Positions 12,500 through 26,200 of a stretch of 64,000 nucleotides of DNA are shown one piece after another; position 1 is the stretch's first letter, and every line of letters starts with the position of its first letter. A program made the position numbers and the translations under genes. This stretch comes from Haplodiscus bocki (lineage: Eukaryota), in assembly GCA_965655095.1 (NCBI GenBank), contig OZ296651.1:35588001-35652000 (forward strand). The letters run 5' to 3'. The notes beneath the pieces were generated by a model. That model saw only the letters and a program-made list of their open reading frames with translations. It did no database searches and was not told the origin of the DNA.

Positions 12500-15400
12500 C
12501 TTGTCAACCTTCAAAAACGTGCTTATCCACAATAAAGTGCAACTTGCGCCCGAAAAACTCCGACACGCAGCCAAAATCAACCAACCAATTGGATTTTTTT
12601 GACAATTTGTGAAGATTGATTCTGTAGATTCTTCTTCGCCCACGATAATAACACGGGTTTATGGAAAAATCCTAGATTGTACTTTAAACGAAAAAAAAGA
12701 ATCTAAGAGAGAAACGACAGAAGAAGAAATCGTTGACATTTGCACCAGATTGACCAATCACTAAAGGGATTTTTCACAAACCTACAAACATGACAGTTTT
12801 CATATTTTAACTTCTTTACTCGAAGATGTACCTATGTGGTTATAGACATTTTACTACCAGAATTGCTTTTGAGGAACTTCCAAATCAATTCTCAGACGTT
12901 GGAGAGGATTTTCGAAAAACTTTACAATGTCAACCTCACCTGTTTCAGCGGACTTGCTCAACTTATGTTTGGTGAGTAGGAAATGTCAGAAGAGACCAAA
13001 AAAAATTGAACGTTCTTCTCAACAACTCTGAAGAAGTATGTGTGTCAAATAGTCAAAGTGTTCAGATGAATGAAGCTCCAGAAGTTGAAGGTTTGTTGCA
13101 GCTCAAAGTTTTTCTGTAGCATTTAGTTCATTGACGGAGAACTCTTTGAAAAATTTGCCCGTAGAAGTTTTTAAAAAAATGAAGAAAGCGGGAAACTCTC
13201 TCGTTTCGAAAAACACTTTAAGTTTCTAATCTGTGGAGAACAGTATTTCACGACCAGACTAATTTGTAAGTATCATAATTACAGAGACAAATGAGTTTTG
13301 GGAGCTAGTGTGAGGAAATCAAACCCTATATGGTCACATGGAAGCCAACCTAATTTGTACTCTGTGTCCTTTTGTACATTTTTCTTTCGGGACAAATTTA
13401 TTCAAAATCAGTAACCGCTAATTTTCCAAACAACTTCTGCTCCCTTTTGAACGGAGTTTTGAAAGCCTGTACGTTGTGAACCAGAGTTTGTGAACTCAGC
13501 ACTCCTTTTTGGTTATAATTGCTACACCCGCTTACCGCAGGTGACTGAATTTCTTTTCAGATTACCAGTTTTGGAAAAACATGTATAGCACGTACCACAG
13601 AAGAAAATTTAAAACGGGGATTTGATGGCAAACATTTGTTACGACAATGCCATGAAATCCCCGTTCAAAACTTTCTTCTGTAATACATGCTATACATTGT
13701 TTTCCAAAACTGGTAATCTGAAAATATATTTAGTCACCTGCGGTAAGCGTGTGTAACATTTTTAACCAAAAAATAGTGTTGAGCTCACAAACTCTCATTC
13801 ACAAAGTACATGCATTCAAAACTTCCTTCAAAAGGGGGCAGAAGTTGTTTGGGAAATTAGCGGTTACTGATTTTGAATCAATTTGTGCCCAAAGCAAAAC
13901 GTACAAAGGGACACAGAGTACAAATTAGATTGGTTTGCATGTGACCATGTTGGCTTCGATTTCGTCACATTGGCTCCCAGAACTCCTTTTTTTCTGTAAT
14001 TTTAATACTTACAAAAAAGTCTGGTCGTTAAATACTGTTTTCGGCGGGTTGGTTACTGGAAATAAAGCAAAGATGAAAGCCATACTGTTGGAAGTGGAAA
14101 CAACTACAAAGCTCAAAATGACTGTGTAGTGTCGTGAAGCATCTGAACAGAAGGCACATGCGGAAAGAAAATGGGAGTGTCTTTGTGGATGAAAGCCTTG
14201 TCAATTCTGATGAGGAACAGGTTTCTTTAAACTCAGTTCTTCCAGTAAAAAGAACACATTGTTGGTCAAGAACCGCATTTTGAACGGTAATGAGGTGTTG
14301 CCTGCTTTTGGTTTTAACAGCGCAAGGTTGGATTTCACTTCATTAAGTCTTTTTTGCTACCATTTTTTGAAGTGAGCGAGATATTGAAACAAATGTCATC
14401 AAGAAAACCAATCCGTTTGTTTCTTTCATGATTGGGAACATTCGGATACTTCACAAATTTTTCTTCTTGTAGCCAAAAGCCTCGCCTCTTTACTCACAGC
14501 CTGTGGAATTAAAAATGCAACGGAATTTTTTTCCGAGAGTGGTTCGTTTCTCCAGATAAGCAAATTAGGGAGTAGCTCAGTTTCATGATTCTTTCTTCAG
14601 CAAATAACTCAGCAATAACGGACTGGAAGTTGACTTTGCCGAATTTGAAAATCTTTTTAAAAACGGTATATCAACAGAGAAAGCACAATGCAAGCTAAAC
14701 TTTGACAAAGGACTTTCAAATGGTACTAAAAATTTTGCCTTTTTATTCAGTATTTGGGCAAACGATTATACGCAACCTTTTGGAGCTTTTTCAAAAAGCA
14801 TAACAAAAAATTGTTTTTCTGAGTCTGGTGGCAAGGATCAAAATGATTGATTTTCACCACAAAAATGGCAAAGATATAATATTGCTGGGATGTACGTTGC
14901 CAAATAACAAACGTAGCCATTTTTTTGTTTGCATCGATAGACAAGTTCTAAATTGGTTGCCTTCTACTGGTTCCGATAAAGATTTGCTTGAAGAAATACC
15001 GGAATATAAAGTTGGTGACCAGTGCATGGTTTTTTCCACAAAGCTGTAGTGGATGAAACTTTTTTTACGGAAATCAAAGCATGTGTGCCAAATGTGATGT
15101 TGGTTTTGATGCTGCTCAGCTTTTCCGGTAATCAATGCTGACTGATTCCTCTTTTAGCTTGGAAAATGATGCTGCAACAAAGTGTCTCACACCACGCCAA
15201 ATCATCTCACACTGTTCCGAGAACATTGTCCAATCATAGTTTCAACAATCTCGACGAGGCTGTAGAAAAGAAAGCTCTGTTATTACGGCTTGACAAACGT
15301 AAGTTGTTTATTCCAGTTCAGACGGAGCTTGCCGTCATTGTAACACTTTTTGCGGAGCTCGGCAGTTCTATCATGTATATTGTTAATGTTGAGAAGTGCG

Positions 15401-16500
15401 AGCTTTTTTGAGTGAAGCAGATACTGAGAGAAGAATAGGGAACCGAGAGCGAGACGAGATGCAGAGGCATTACACTCAACAAAAGGAATATCAATGTGTA
15501 GCAGAGTGGGATGGCAATTGGTGGATTCTGTACAAAGTTGACGCGGCTGTCAAAAATCATCCTCGAAAAATTCATCTCCACCAACGTCCTCTGCGTGAAG
15601 AATGACTCATGCATGATATTATCGGTGGGGTACTTGTCGAATATGTCCAAACTGATTTTGAAATTTCAGAACATTTGAAAAAAAATTTTCAATTTTTATC
15701 CCTACATCCAAAAACACTGTATTCAGTCGAACAGATTTCGGCAACTTGATGTAAGAAGACGCGGAAGAGGAAGGTATTATGGCATAGCCTAAATGATTGC
15801 CTATATCAACGTTACACCTAGCCAATGGATTTCTCATTACTCCCTCACCATTTTTGTTTAAATTCGAGGGCAAGAAAAATCATCAACTTGTTGAATACAG
15901 TCCAAAAAAGTGTCTCAACAAATTTGTAAAATCTGCTGTGAATGCAAGACAACATGGAGATTAAAACTCAAATTCAAGTGTTGCTGCTGAAACATTGAAG
16001 CTGCTAGCCAAGTTTTGTTATGGTTTATGAATATGGATCGAAACAGACTGCGATAAAACAGTCGAGCGACAAAAACTGCCTTGCAATCAACCTTAAAATG
16101 CTGAAACAACTGAATGACTTTACTGACCAACTGTAAAGAGGTGTTTTCTCGATAAAATTTCTCAGAAAAATTGGCTAAAAGATTTTTCAAGCAAACCAAA
16201 GGTTACATGAACACCGGGGAGACAAACACGCGAGGCAGTTTTCCAGCTGATGAGAGTAGCAGTAAACTATCGCGAACGGCAAAAGCAATTGATAAAATTT
16301 GCACTACATCTTAAGAATACCTTGGCCTGATCACATATCTACAACCAAGCGTACCCTGACAGGCTCTCGACTGCTTCTCCGGGCAATGTAATCGGCGTCA
16401 CAGAGCCCAGCTTACGTTTTGGTTGTGCAACAACATAAAAGTTTTTGGACGACTTGACAAGACTTAAAGAAACCTGTTTTTTGACAACTTTTGGCAAAAG
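12500..16500 (+). pseudogene. Protein-primed family B DNA polymerase (Polinton pPolB) remnant
   Basis: Fragments in pPolB order: TDFESIC exonuclease-I-like (~13865); KMIDFHHKNGKDIILLGCTLPN and DKDLLEEI..VG...VF (14828-15049); VGFDAAQLF motif-A-like (~15100); EWDGNWWILYK (15396-15605); KLLA motif-B-like (~16000). Heavily disrupted. Confidence 0.65.
13239..14040. repeat. ~800-bp imperfect palindrome (two ~400-bp inverted arms, ~17-nt loop at 13631-13647)
   Basis: AACAGTATTTCACGACCAGACT (13239) vs AGTCTGGTCGTTAAATACTGTT (~14018-14039). TTACCGCAGGTGACT vs AGTCACCTGCGGTAA. Centre: GGGGATTTGATGGCA-loop-TGCCATGAAATCCCC. Confidence 0.9.
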
Positions 16501-16639
16501 TCAAGAAAAAGTTCGCTCGGAGCCGACATTGTCATCCAAACCCACTGGTGTACTCACTGTTTACTCTGTTTTTCAATTCAGGTGACATGCACCACCTTGA
16601 GGCACGTTGAACGTGCTAACATCAGATGAAGCAGAAAAT

Positions 16640-18990
16640 CTTTTGTAAACCATTTTTTTCTAGAAAAAAATGGCTAACATGTACAACAAATGAAAAAATT
16701 TTCGACTGAAAACTGAATTCAACTAACGTTTCATAATACTTTGCCTAACTAGAAGTAGAACTTTTTACATGGGATTTCAGGCCAGAGGAGTGCGACAAAA
16801 TACCACTTGTCCTTTGAGAAAACCTGGGTTTTCAATTGCTTTCGCAAAAACTTGACGGCGCAAAGATTTCGTCCACCAAAAAAAACGGCCCCGGTCAATC
16901 ACGACGCTGCTATTACAGCTTAGCAATGGTCAGACGGATCGTACAATTTCGATCGTTGAAAATGAGTGTCAAACTTAGGAAACGCAATGGGCAATGGGGA
17001 GTATCGAAGCTGTTTTGGAAAAATTGAAAACTTTCCCCTGTTTTTTTTTGTGGAAACTGGCCGAAAAAAATTCTGGGCGAAAAATATTACAATACAAGCT
17101 CAACCGAATATTGTTCCATCAATTCGTGCAACAACATTAGCATTTTTCAGCTTTCTGCTGAGACAAGACTCAAAAACATAGCTTTCGCCCTCTAAGAAAA
17201 TCTGAAAATTGAATCACTTTCGCCACATAAATTGTCGAAAAAAATTGCTTGCCGAAGGTTTCGGATGGGCTACATCATGAAACCGTCGTCTTGGTTTTAC
17301 CAAAATTGGATATGTCTAGCCAAAAAGCGCCGAGAAAAATAGTTTTAAGGAGATGAAAAGCAGAGGGCTGTCACAGACCGAAAAAAAAACGAAATCATTT
17401 TTGAAATGTTTTGTGCAAATAAAACAACATAGGCGCTAACGTGTTAGGACTTAGCACAAGGCTCACGAAGATACTTCACAACTTGACTACGTTGCTGACC
17501 ACATTATCATGCAAAGCCAGAGAGCATGTAACAAAATCCGGAGAGATTAAGCAGAGAACAGCCAAAAGATAATAGTGGAAGTTCAAGGTAACTATCCTAA
17601 CTACACACAAAACTTGGCCGAAAAAGAAACGTCTGTCATCTCAAAAGTCATCAAAAGCCAAACGCGGTTTTGCAAGTGCATTGTCAAAGCAGCAAGCATC
17701 CAAAACTTGACAACTCGTTGTTAAGTAAAGCAATACGAATCTGGAATTGAAAATTCTTCTCAAATAGCCGTGTTTTTCTCAGAAATCGGACTGAAAGGTT
17801 TTCTGCTCAACTCGGAGCTCACATTAACACTCAGCGATGCTGAGAGTTATTAGGAGACACAGACTTGAGGCCACTTTTCATGTGATGAAAAGTCTTAGTA
17901 AATTATCGAGAATGGCAACAACAATTGAAAAAAATTGCTCCTCATCTAAAGTGTACCTTGGCCAGAGCACCTATCAACGACCAACCATTTCCTAATATGG
18001 TTGTGAAGCCTAGTTCCTTTTTAATGTTAGTACAACAGGATGAAAAGCCTTTGGAAGAGTCGATGAGTCTCAATGGAACCTATTTCGTGACATTTTTTGG
18101 CAATAAATCTATGAGAAAAATTCGCCTGCAGCCGCAACCTGCATCAGAAAACAATTCTGTAGACTTGGTTTAATTTTTTGCTCAATTTAGGTGATATGTA
18201 TTACTTTGAGGCATTCATTTGGAAACTCTTTTTTTTTCAGCCAGAAACTTGCGAAAACATCAGAAAAACTTCAACTAAAAACTGAATGCAACCAACGCTT
18301 CATAATCCATCGCCTATTTAGCATTGGGATGCCATACGTGGGATATTAGGCCAGAGAAGAGTGACCAAGTCACACTTACTCCCTGAAAAAACGTGGGTTT
18401 CCAATTGTTTTCGCCAAAAACTCGTCGCCAAGAATCTTTCGGCCATCGAAAATTTCGGCACCGGTCAATTGTAACGTTGCCGGTGCAGCTAAGCAATCAG
18501 CAAACGGTTTCTACAAATGTTTTTGCAGAAAGTGAGCGTCAAAGTTGAAAAATCCTGTGGGCAATGGGGAATATCAACTCTCTTTCAGAAAAGTTTAAAT
18601 ATTTGCACTTTTTTTGGCGAAAACTGGCCAAAAAAAAACTTTTTGGCAAGAAACATCACAGCACGCTGTTCAACTGAATGGTGCTCTATCAATTAGTGCA
18701 AACTCATTAGCATTTCCGAGCTTTCTGCAAAAACCGAACTCAAAAATTTACCATTTGCCCTGTAAAAAACCTGGAAATTGATTCTTTTTATGGCTAATAA
18801 CTCGCCGAAAAAGTTTTTCCGGCTTTTGGTGGCCTTCATTTTGGAATATGGTAGATCGTGAACGCGTTTTAGCGTTGATACAAAAATCGGATGAATCTGG
18901 AAAGGTACCGAGATGAAACGCAGAGAGATGTCACGGGCGGTAAAAAAAACGAAATCACTTTGACGTGTCGTTGTGCGAATAGGGTTCGCT
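16640..18990 (+). repeat. Diverged direct duplication of an ~750-bp unit (~16640-17420 and ~18230-18990)
   Basis: Collinear matches: AAAACTGAATTCAACTAACG vs AAAACTGAATGCAACCAACG; GGGCAATGGGGAGTATC vs GGGCAATGGGGAATATC; AAAAAAAACGAAATCA present in both. Confidence 0.75.
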
Positions 18991-19642
18991 ACGCTTGCGT
19001 AAAAATGTTTTCTTTTACGATGAAGTCCGCAAATACTACAATTTCCGCAAAATACGAGTGACTTCTTTGCAACGTCAGGGAAACTAAACATGCAACGGCG
19101 CAGACAAGACTTGGTTTTTACCCTCACCAGGATGTTATCAACATGATGAACGATTTACGTACCCTGTTTCGAAAGCAACCTGACAATTTCAATACAGAAG
19201 TCATCCAAAAAATGTGTTTACCTGCAAAAATATTTCGAATTGGAACTTCAACAATTTAATTAGGAAAATGTTTAATCGGACATCCTTAATCTCAACCATG
19301 ATCCGCGCACTTACCTGAATTTACACTTTTTGCCGAGGAAACACAGTTTTAATATGGATAACATTATTGGATGAATTTGCATTTTCAAACCATTAGGAGT
19401 GAGTTTGAGGATTTCAGAGCCCTTACTTCATTGGATAACTCAACAAATATGAAAATTTTGCTTTTCGTGCTACGTTTGGTCAAATTGAACCTATCAGTTC
19501 TTTTATGGTACCAGAAACTGAAATCGGCTTCTGCGGATGTACGCTAGCGACAGCGAAAATTCCTTACGTTGCAACTTAACTTTATCAGGTTAGGCGGAGG
19601 AAAACTTGAGCAGAGGAGATCTGTAAAATCAAACCAACCAGC

Positions 19643-22600
19643 TGTCGCAGCACGTCTGCGAAACCTGTGGACAGTCGCTCCCTGAATCGAAGGACATACC
19701 AGGCTCGTCGTCAACAAACTAAAAACTCAAGACAGACAACCTCATACATATATATTACATTATTTTCATTATTTGTATATAAATGATACTTAGTAGTTAC
19801 GTATCAATCCCATGCACACATATGTAATTCATGTAAACGATACGTAGTGGTTACGTATCGTTCCATGATATTCACTTCATGCAAAAAGCACGTATCCTTT
19901 ACGTGTAATTCCGGTGAACTGATCCAGATTGGGACGGAGCAACTACGAAATAAACGGATATTCATTTACTTTCCCTACTGTACATTTATATCAATATTAG
20001 GTGCTAATTACATAAGTAAATTAGCTACTTTTTATACAAACCCACCTTTCTAAATTGACTTGTGCAGTAATTTAAATCAAGATATACAGTGTCAATGAGT
20101 TTGCAATATCTACTACAGCTATAATTGCAGAGCGTGACTTTAAAAGTGAATATTTGTTCCGTATGTGTTCCATCTCAGCCAATCTGGTGATGTCGCAGCA
20201 CACCTGCGAGGCATGCGGCCAACCGTTACCGCAAGGAAAGCCACCCAATGCTTAGAAGAAACTCAAACAGTGACTGAACTTTCAATATAAATCTATTATG
20301 TATTTTAACTGTTGTGCATATATACGGATACGTATATAATACGTATCCTTAACAACGCACATAAAAATGGGTACGTATTTATACGGAACCAAACCGATCC
20401 GGACTAGGACGGAACCGCCACGGAACAAACGAGTATTCGCAGAGCAATATTAATAGAATAGGTGCTATATTTATATTAATATAATTACTTAATTATTTAA
20501 TATAAATCCGCCGTTTTTGCAATGAAATCAAACAATAATTGATTACTAGAAGTGCAGTTTAATTTCAAACTAGAATTAAATTGATGCTGTACGTAGATTG
20601 ACTGACTTCAAGTGTATTGACTCTAGGAGTTAATGTTTGTTCCGTACGTGTTCCGTCGCTACTAGTCTGGTGACGTCACTAGTATTATTACTCTGCCGCG
20701 CTGTAGTGATTCCGGAATCATTCCGGAATCACTCCTCATTTGAGCAAAGAATACGACCACTACTAGTGAATACGGAACTATTCCGGAATCATTCCGGAAA
20801 CCACTAGTGCTACTCGTACGAATGAGGATTAAACTAGTAATGCTACTAGTTTCTCCTCATTTCCAAAGAGTAAGAACTAATGAGCTGTTATTATTAATGG
20901 AGTGAACGTGAGGGTGATGAGTTTTTATATTATAATAAAGTCATGCTTTTCCATATTTATTTTTTAATCCATTTTTCACAAATAAGGAAATATTTTTCCT
21001 TTACCATTTATGGAACCTTTTTGTAGAACTGTAAACAAAAGTGTCGGCGTGGGAATAAACAATTTGATGTCCATTTCTGACGGATTGAGACCGTCCATTT
21101 TCTGACAAAAGATGGAAAAGGCGCGTCCTATGAAGGCAGAGATGGATGGAAAGGTTGTTGATTTCCCGCCAGAGTCGGCACTCTCACCTTTGATGCTATA
21201 CTTTTCGACAGTACTTTTCCTTATTTGTACTTTGACTTGGCGTGCAAACAATTATGTTTCCCGCCAGGAAGAAGTATAAATAGGAGAAACGAAAGTACAA
21301 CGTCAGAAATTTTGGGGAATTTGACAGAACTTTACAGAACTTTTGAGAGCCATTCAAGTGAACTTTTAATAATTTTTCAAGAGCTTTTCAGAAACTTTTC
21401 GAAAACTCTTAGCAATTGTATTGAACATTCTTCAGAACGAGTGTACAATTATTTGTGACTGATAAGTGCTGACGATATATAACCAGTCTTTGTGTATTCT
21501 TCATTTACTCTTTCTTTCCTAACACTAATACTGTAAACCTCCCACTTGATTTTACAATAAAAAGACAATCAATTATTAATCGTCGAAAACGCTTTTCCAT
21601 AGAATGGCAACCCGCAATTGGCAGCTTTGAATAAGGAAAACTGTGAGGAACATCCCAGGAGTAATTTGGCATCAAACTCAAATGTCCCCAGATCACAGGA
21701 GGACTATATAACTCAAGTTTCCGAGGAAATTGAGGGAAAAGTCACCAAAAAGTTGTCGCAAGAATTTAGCAGAACGGAAAATCGTATACTAGGTGCGCTA
21801 GCAAGACTTGATGACTTCCTCATGAACCCACTACTCCAGGACCACTCCGGAACCACTCCGGAGACGTCCCGGAATATGTGTAGTATAAACCAGTGAACGA
21901 GTGAGGATGACTCCCAGAGTAACCCTCATCCTGAAGCGGGCCTCCTCACCTTTGGCCGCGAGGATCGCCACGACATGGCGACGAGAGTTCAGAGAGAGGG
22001 TACGCAGGCGCATGACAGGTGACGTCACTAGAATTTAAGCCAACCCACTGTGCTTCTCTGCTGTATCATTTTGGACGAACACCGAACGGTTACGTAACCA
22101 CTCTTTTCGTTTTTGTCAGTAGCACCGCGGAGAGCAGTCGTACAAGCGGCTCCGTGGTCGTTCCGGGACGCTTGGGCCAAAACGAGTAACCAGCTTGTAG
22201 AAATGAAGAACGGACTGCGAAAAAGCGTAGTTTTGTTCCTAGCAGTGAATTTAATCGATGCAATATGTAAACACATGTAAACATGAATTTTAGCCATCAT
22301 TTTTATGCATTTTGTTTTAGATATTCTAATTATATTTGGTGCAAGTTTTTGTAATTTCCTCATATGGAAAATCCATTTGATATTTTGTTTTTGTTATAAT
22401 TTTTTGTGTCGGCGCGAGATTAACCACTTTGATGTCCATTTCTGCCAGATTAGTCCCGTACGTTTTTCTGTCAAAAGATGGAAAAGACGCGGTCTATGAA
22501 AGAAATGGACGGAGAGGTGTTTATTTCCCACTATAGTTGGCATTTTTCCTTTATAGATGATATGGTTAAAGTGCTTTTCCCTATTGGTACCTTGAATTGG

Positions 22601-23229
22601 CGTGTAAACAGTTGTTTCCCGCAAAGGAAAAGGTATAAATACGAGAAACGCAAGTACGTTTTTTAAAAGATGAGTTGTAGGTTTTTCGGTATCGTACTAA
22701 AATTCTACATCGTCAACTGTTTGCTTTTATTGAAACCTTTTCTCCCATAATAGAGGAGATCGACATTTTGTTATAAATAAAATTCAACTCAGTCTTCACA
22801 ATTGACAGAACTTTTCCCTCAGAATCATGGCAACTTTGAGGAACAAAAGAAAATTAGCGGCAGTTTCGAGAGAAACTCCAGAAAATACAAGGAACAATCA
22901 GTCACAAAACACACTTAATCCGGAGATGACTGAAGAGTAAATCACCCTGGTTTCTGAAAAAATTGAAGGGAGGGTCACTGAAAAACTTTCCCAAGAACTT
23001 AGCTGGACGGAGTCACGCATTTTGGGTGCTTTGTCTAAACTCGATGAATTTCTTCTGAACCCACAAAGTCGGACTTGTTGCGTAGCTGTTCCAGGCACAT
23101 CCAGGAACAACAACTCAGAAAACGGGGAACCCACTGGGGTCGTTCCTTGAACGACCCCTGTCCCGAAGTGGTGCTCCCTGCCTGTCATACCAGTAACCTA
23201 AATGATTCAGAACAGGAACCGACATACCA
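19643..23229 (+). mobile_element. Diverged solo LTR related to the 43966 element, split by a nested LTR (parts 19643-20190 and 22023-~23229)
   Basis: Starts TGTCGCAGCACGTCTGCGAAACC and is collinear with the 43966 LTR (GACTTTAAAAGTGAATATTTGTTCCGTATGTGTTCC; TATA at ~22633; gag start ATGGCAACTTTGAGGAACAAAAGAAAA at ~22827). The 3' end and TSD are not clear. Confidence 0.8.
20191..22017 (+). mobile_element. Solo LTR (1827 bp, TG...CA) of a related family nested in the previous LTR; perfect 5-bp TSD GGTGA
   Basis: Starts TGTCGCAGCACACCTGCG and ends CATGACA. GGTGA at 20186-20190 and 22018-22022. Contains a gag N-terminus remnant (21618-21896: DYITQVSEEIEGKVTKKLSQEFSRTENRILGAL). Confidence 0.92.
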
Positions 23230-26200
23230 ACGCAGCCCAAATGGTTTCCCAACTATCAATTTACATTATCCCAACATTTGAAGCTTTTCAACGATCACAC
23301 GACACACAATTGTTTTCTATCCTGATACTTACAATCACCTTTTCCACTTTGACTACTAAATCTTTATGACAATAGAGCAAGAAGATCATCGAAGCTACAT
23401 GCACTGTGTTGCGATATACTTTGAGACAGAACTCCACCCGACGGGAAAAAACTCCACAAAGCTTTTTTGAACCTTCGAACTGTTTTGACAGGGCATGCGT
23501 TTCACGGTTCTTGACTTTAGCCGAGTTTGAAGATCCTCGAATACTTCTTATGAGTGACTTATGTCTGAAGACCTCTCGAAGGTATATGGTAGCATGACAG
23601 TCCTTTTAACCACTAACAACACTACTACGCCCACACTAAAGTTTTCCATCATTCAGAGGCTTCGGTAAACCTTCTACTACAGTTAGATTCCGATCGACTT
23701 CCGCAACGGTTCGTCACTGGAGACAATTTTCCTCGGCACACTCATGAAGTCATTCCAAGTTGAGAACAAGCAGAACAGCGCCATGCGATCCCAACAACTT
23801 CTCAAAAACCAACGTGGTACTTGGTAATCCACTTGTTTCGTCTCCGGAAAGTCAATCAGCACTCTCTGTTCAAAGCTTCAAAGTACTGATCCACTTCTAC
23901 AGCACAGCAGGTCAATTTCTAGGACAAGCCCATTAATTCCAATGCATCGTTTGGGATTTTGCAGAAAGAGTTTATGAATTTGCAAGAAGTCAAGCCCTGC
24001 TTCATTACTAAACACTATTAAAGCTGCAGAAGAAAAAAGTTCTTCTATCTGAACGAGTGAATACAAACTGAACGAAACAATCTCCCACGTCGTTATTTCC
24101 CCTAGAGTTTTTCGGAGAGATCTAAGTTGACGCCTATAAAATTGAGATAGAAAACTGACTGACAAGCAGCAGCAACAGCAGCCACAGCCTGAGCAGCTGC
24201 TGCAGCGACAGCCGCAGAGTCAACCAATGAAACCAACTCCTTTACAATGGACATCACAGACAATGCGTTGAATGTTTCGTTTGAGATGTTTCGTAATTAC
24301 TCATTGAAAACCAGCAACTATTGACAAAAGCCCCTCAAGGCGACGGAGTTGAAAAAATTAAAAGCCGTTTTGTACTTGCAATCTCAGAGCTAATCCACGA
24401 AACTTGGCAAGTGGTGAAGAGAAAAACATACAAAACGATGATACCGAATAAATTTTCACTTTTGTCGTCGCAGAGAACTTAAACTCTGGTAAAGTTGGCA
24501 ACATCGTCTATATGACCATAGTAGGCACACCTTTTTTTGGCGGCTCGGCGCATTCCGTTTTTTCTTAAAGGAGCTACTCTCACGTACTTTTGTTGTGGAG
24601 GAATTAAACTTTATGTTCTAATTTGAAATCAACAAAGTTAACAACTCCATCTTTCAACTAGGTCCTTCCAGGGATCCTTGAGTAATTTCAGTTTACTTTT
24701 TTAGAAAAGAAAATTAAACAACCTTCAAATGTTAAACTAGTCTTGGCTGAAAACTGACTCCCAGTTTCAAATGAAGCATAACGTCAACTTTTTGGTTTTC
24801 TAGGCTCAATTCGCTTTGCATTTTCGAGACATGAAATAAAATACTTTGTTTTTCAAACATTTCGAAAGTTTCAAAATCTCATTGACAAAAGTTTATTGGG
24901 GCTCAGCGACCTTGCTACCGAAATTTTTAGGTTTGTAAATCGGGAGCAAAAATGCAAAACTGAGTGTTTTTTTCTTAACATGGTACTCTATTTTAACAAA
25001 ATTTCTTAAACGAGACAGTTTTCTAAGAGGTTTGAAGATTTTTTGTGGGAAACTGCAGCGGAACAAAACTGACAATCCCTTGACGCCTACAAACTAAGCT
25101 TCATCCTAATTAATCACAGTCTCTCTCCACTTCAGAGCTGCAGATGTGATAGATCAATTTCGAGCTCCATAAACCGATGCACTTGTGTTCGTGTTGTAGC
25201 TGCAGCTACTCAAGACTTCCTACAGTCAACGAATTCAAGACTCTGACCGTTCTAGTAAGGAATTAAATCGTCTCCACACCAAACACAATTTGTTTATTCG
25301 TTCCAAATCCTTATGTCAATTTCGTGCTCAGACATCGGAAAAGGTCTGAGCCTTGAAGTAATCTCGCCCTCCAATCGGAACCGATGTGTTATATCCTGTT
25401 TATACTTCTGCGTGCTTTATCCATCGGTTCCTGTCGATAGACCAGTTACAGGGATGTTATCTGTTTTCCATCCAGGACGGATGAAAATCGATGTATTCTT
25501 GTAACTTCTCCCAATCCATTCTACTTTTATTCGTCTGATTAGTGCAGTTACTGCATTACAGAGGGCACTTGTAATTATGCAAGTTTCCGGCCGAAGCTTA
25601 CCGGTGTCTGTTAATGTCTTGATATGCATTTTCACTTCTGAGCTTCAGTCAGAATCTAGCGCCATTATGTTTCATGTTTTTGGTCATTTCTGCACTGTTG
25701 GCTTTTGTGTTCTGGAACTCCCTACTTATAAAATGCTCAGCAATACTTAGTTTTGTATACTACATAGTGTGTTATATGATATGTAATCGCTTCCATATCG
25801 GGGGAGAGGGGAAGTAATATGACGTAGTATCATATATACTTTTATGCATTTCTTGGCTACAGAACTTGCATTAGGATCTTAATTACTATAGTTGCTTCTT
25901 TTTACTAGCCTCTTATTCACTTTTTATTTTACACAACAACGTTCGCTCAATGATTTCCTCGACGTTTGGCTGAAGTCGTTCGTTGGTCAAATGGTCGAGG
26001 TAGCTTCTCTGTAAAAATTGGGTTAATAATGTGTCATATTCCGACGGGACTCGCAAAGACTCATTTTTATTCTTTAGGATCTGTTATATCACAGGCATCT
26101 GCGGATCTTTTTTGCCGATTCATTCTTGACAAATAAAATTTGCCAAAAGACAGCTGCGTGTCAGGGGCTCAAACATCGGTGCTTTGGAGCCGCAGTTGCA

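Noticed and set aside
24165-24220. CAG-rich tract as a host polyQ/polyA exon
   Set aside because: Short, with no supporting ORF or splice structure.
25300-25830. Possible further LTR with a minus-strand PBS (TGGCGCT) and a purine tract at ~25800
   Set aside because: No second LTR, TSD or recognisable gag/pol motif found.
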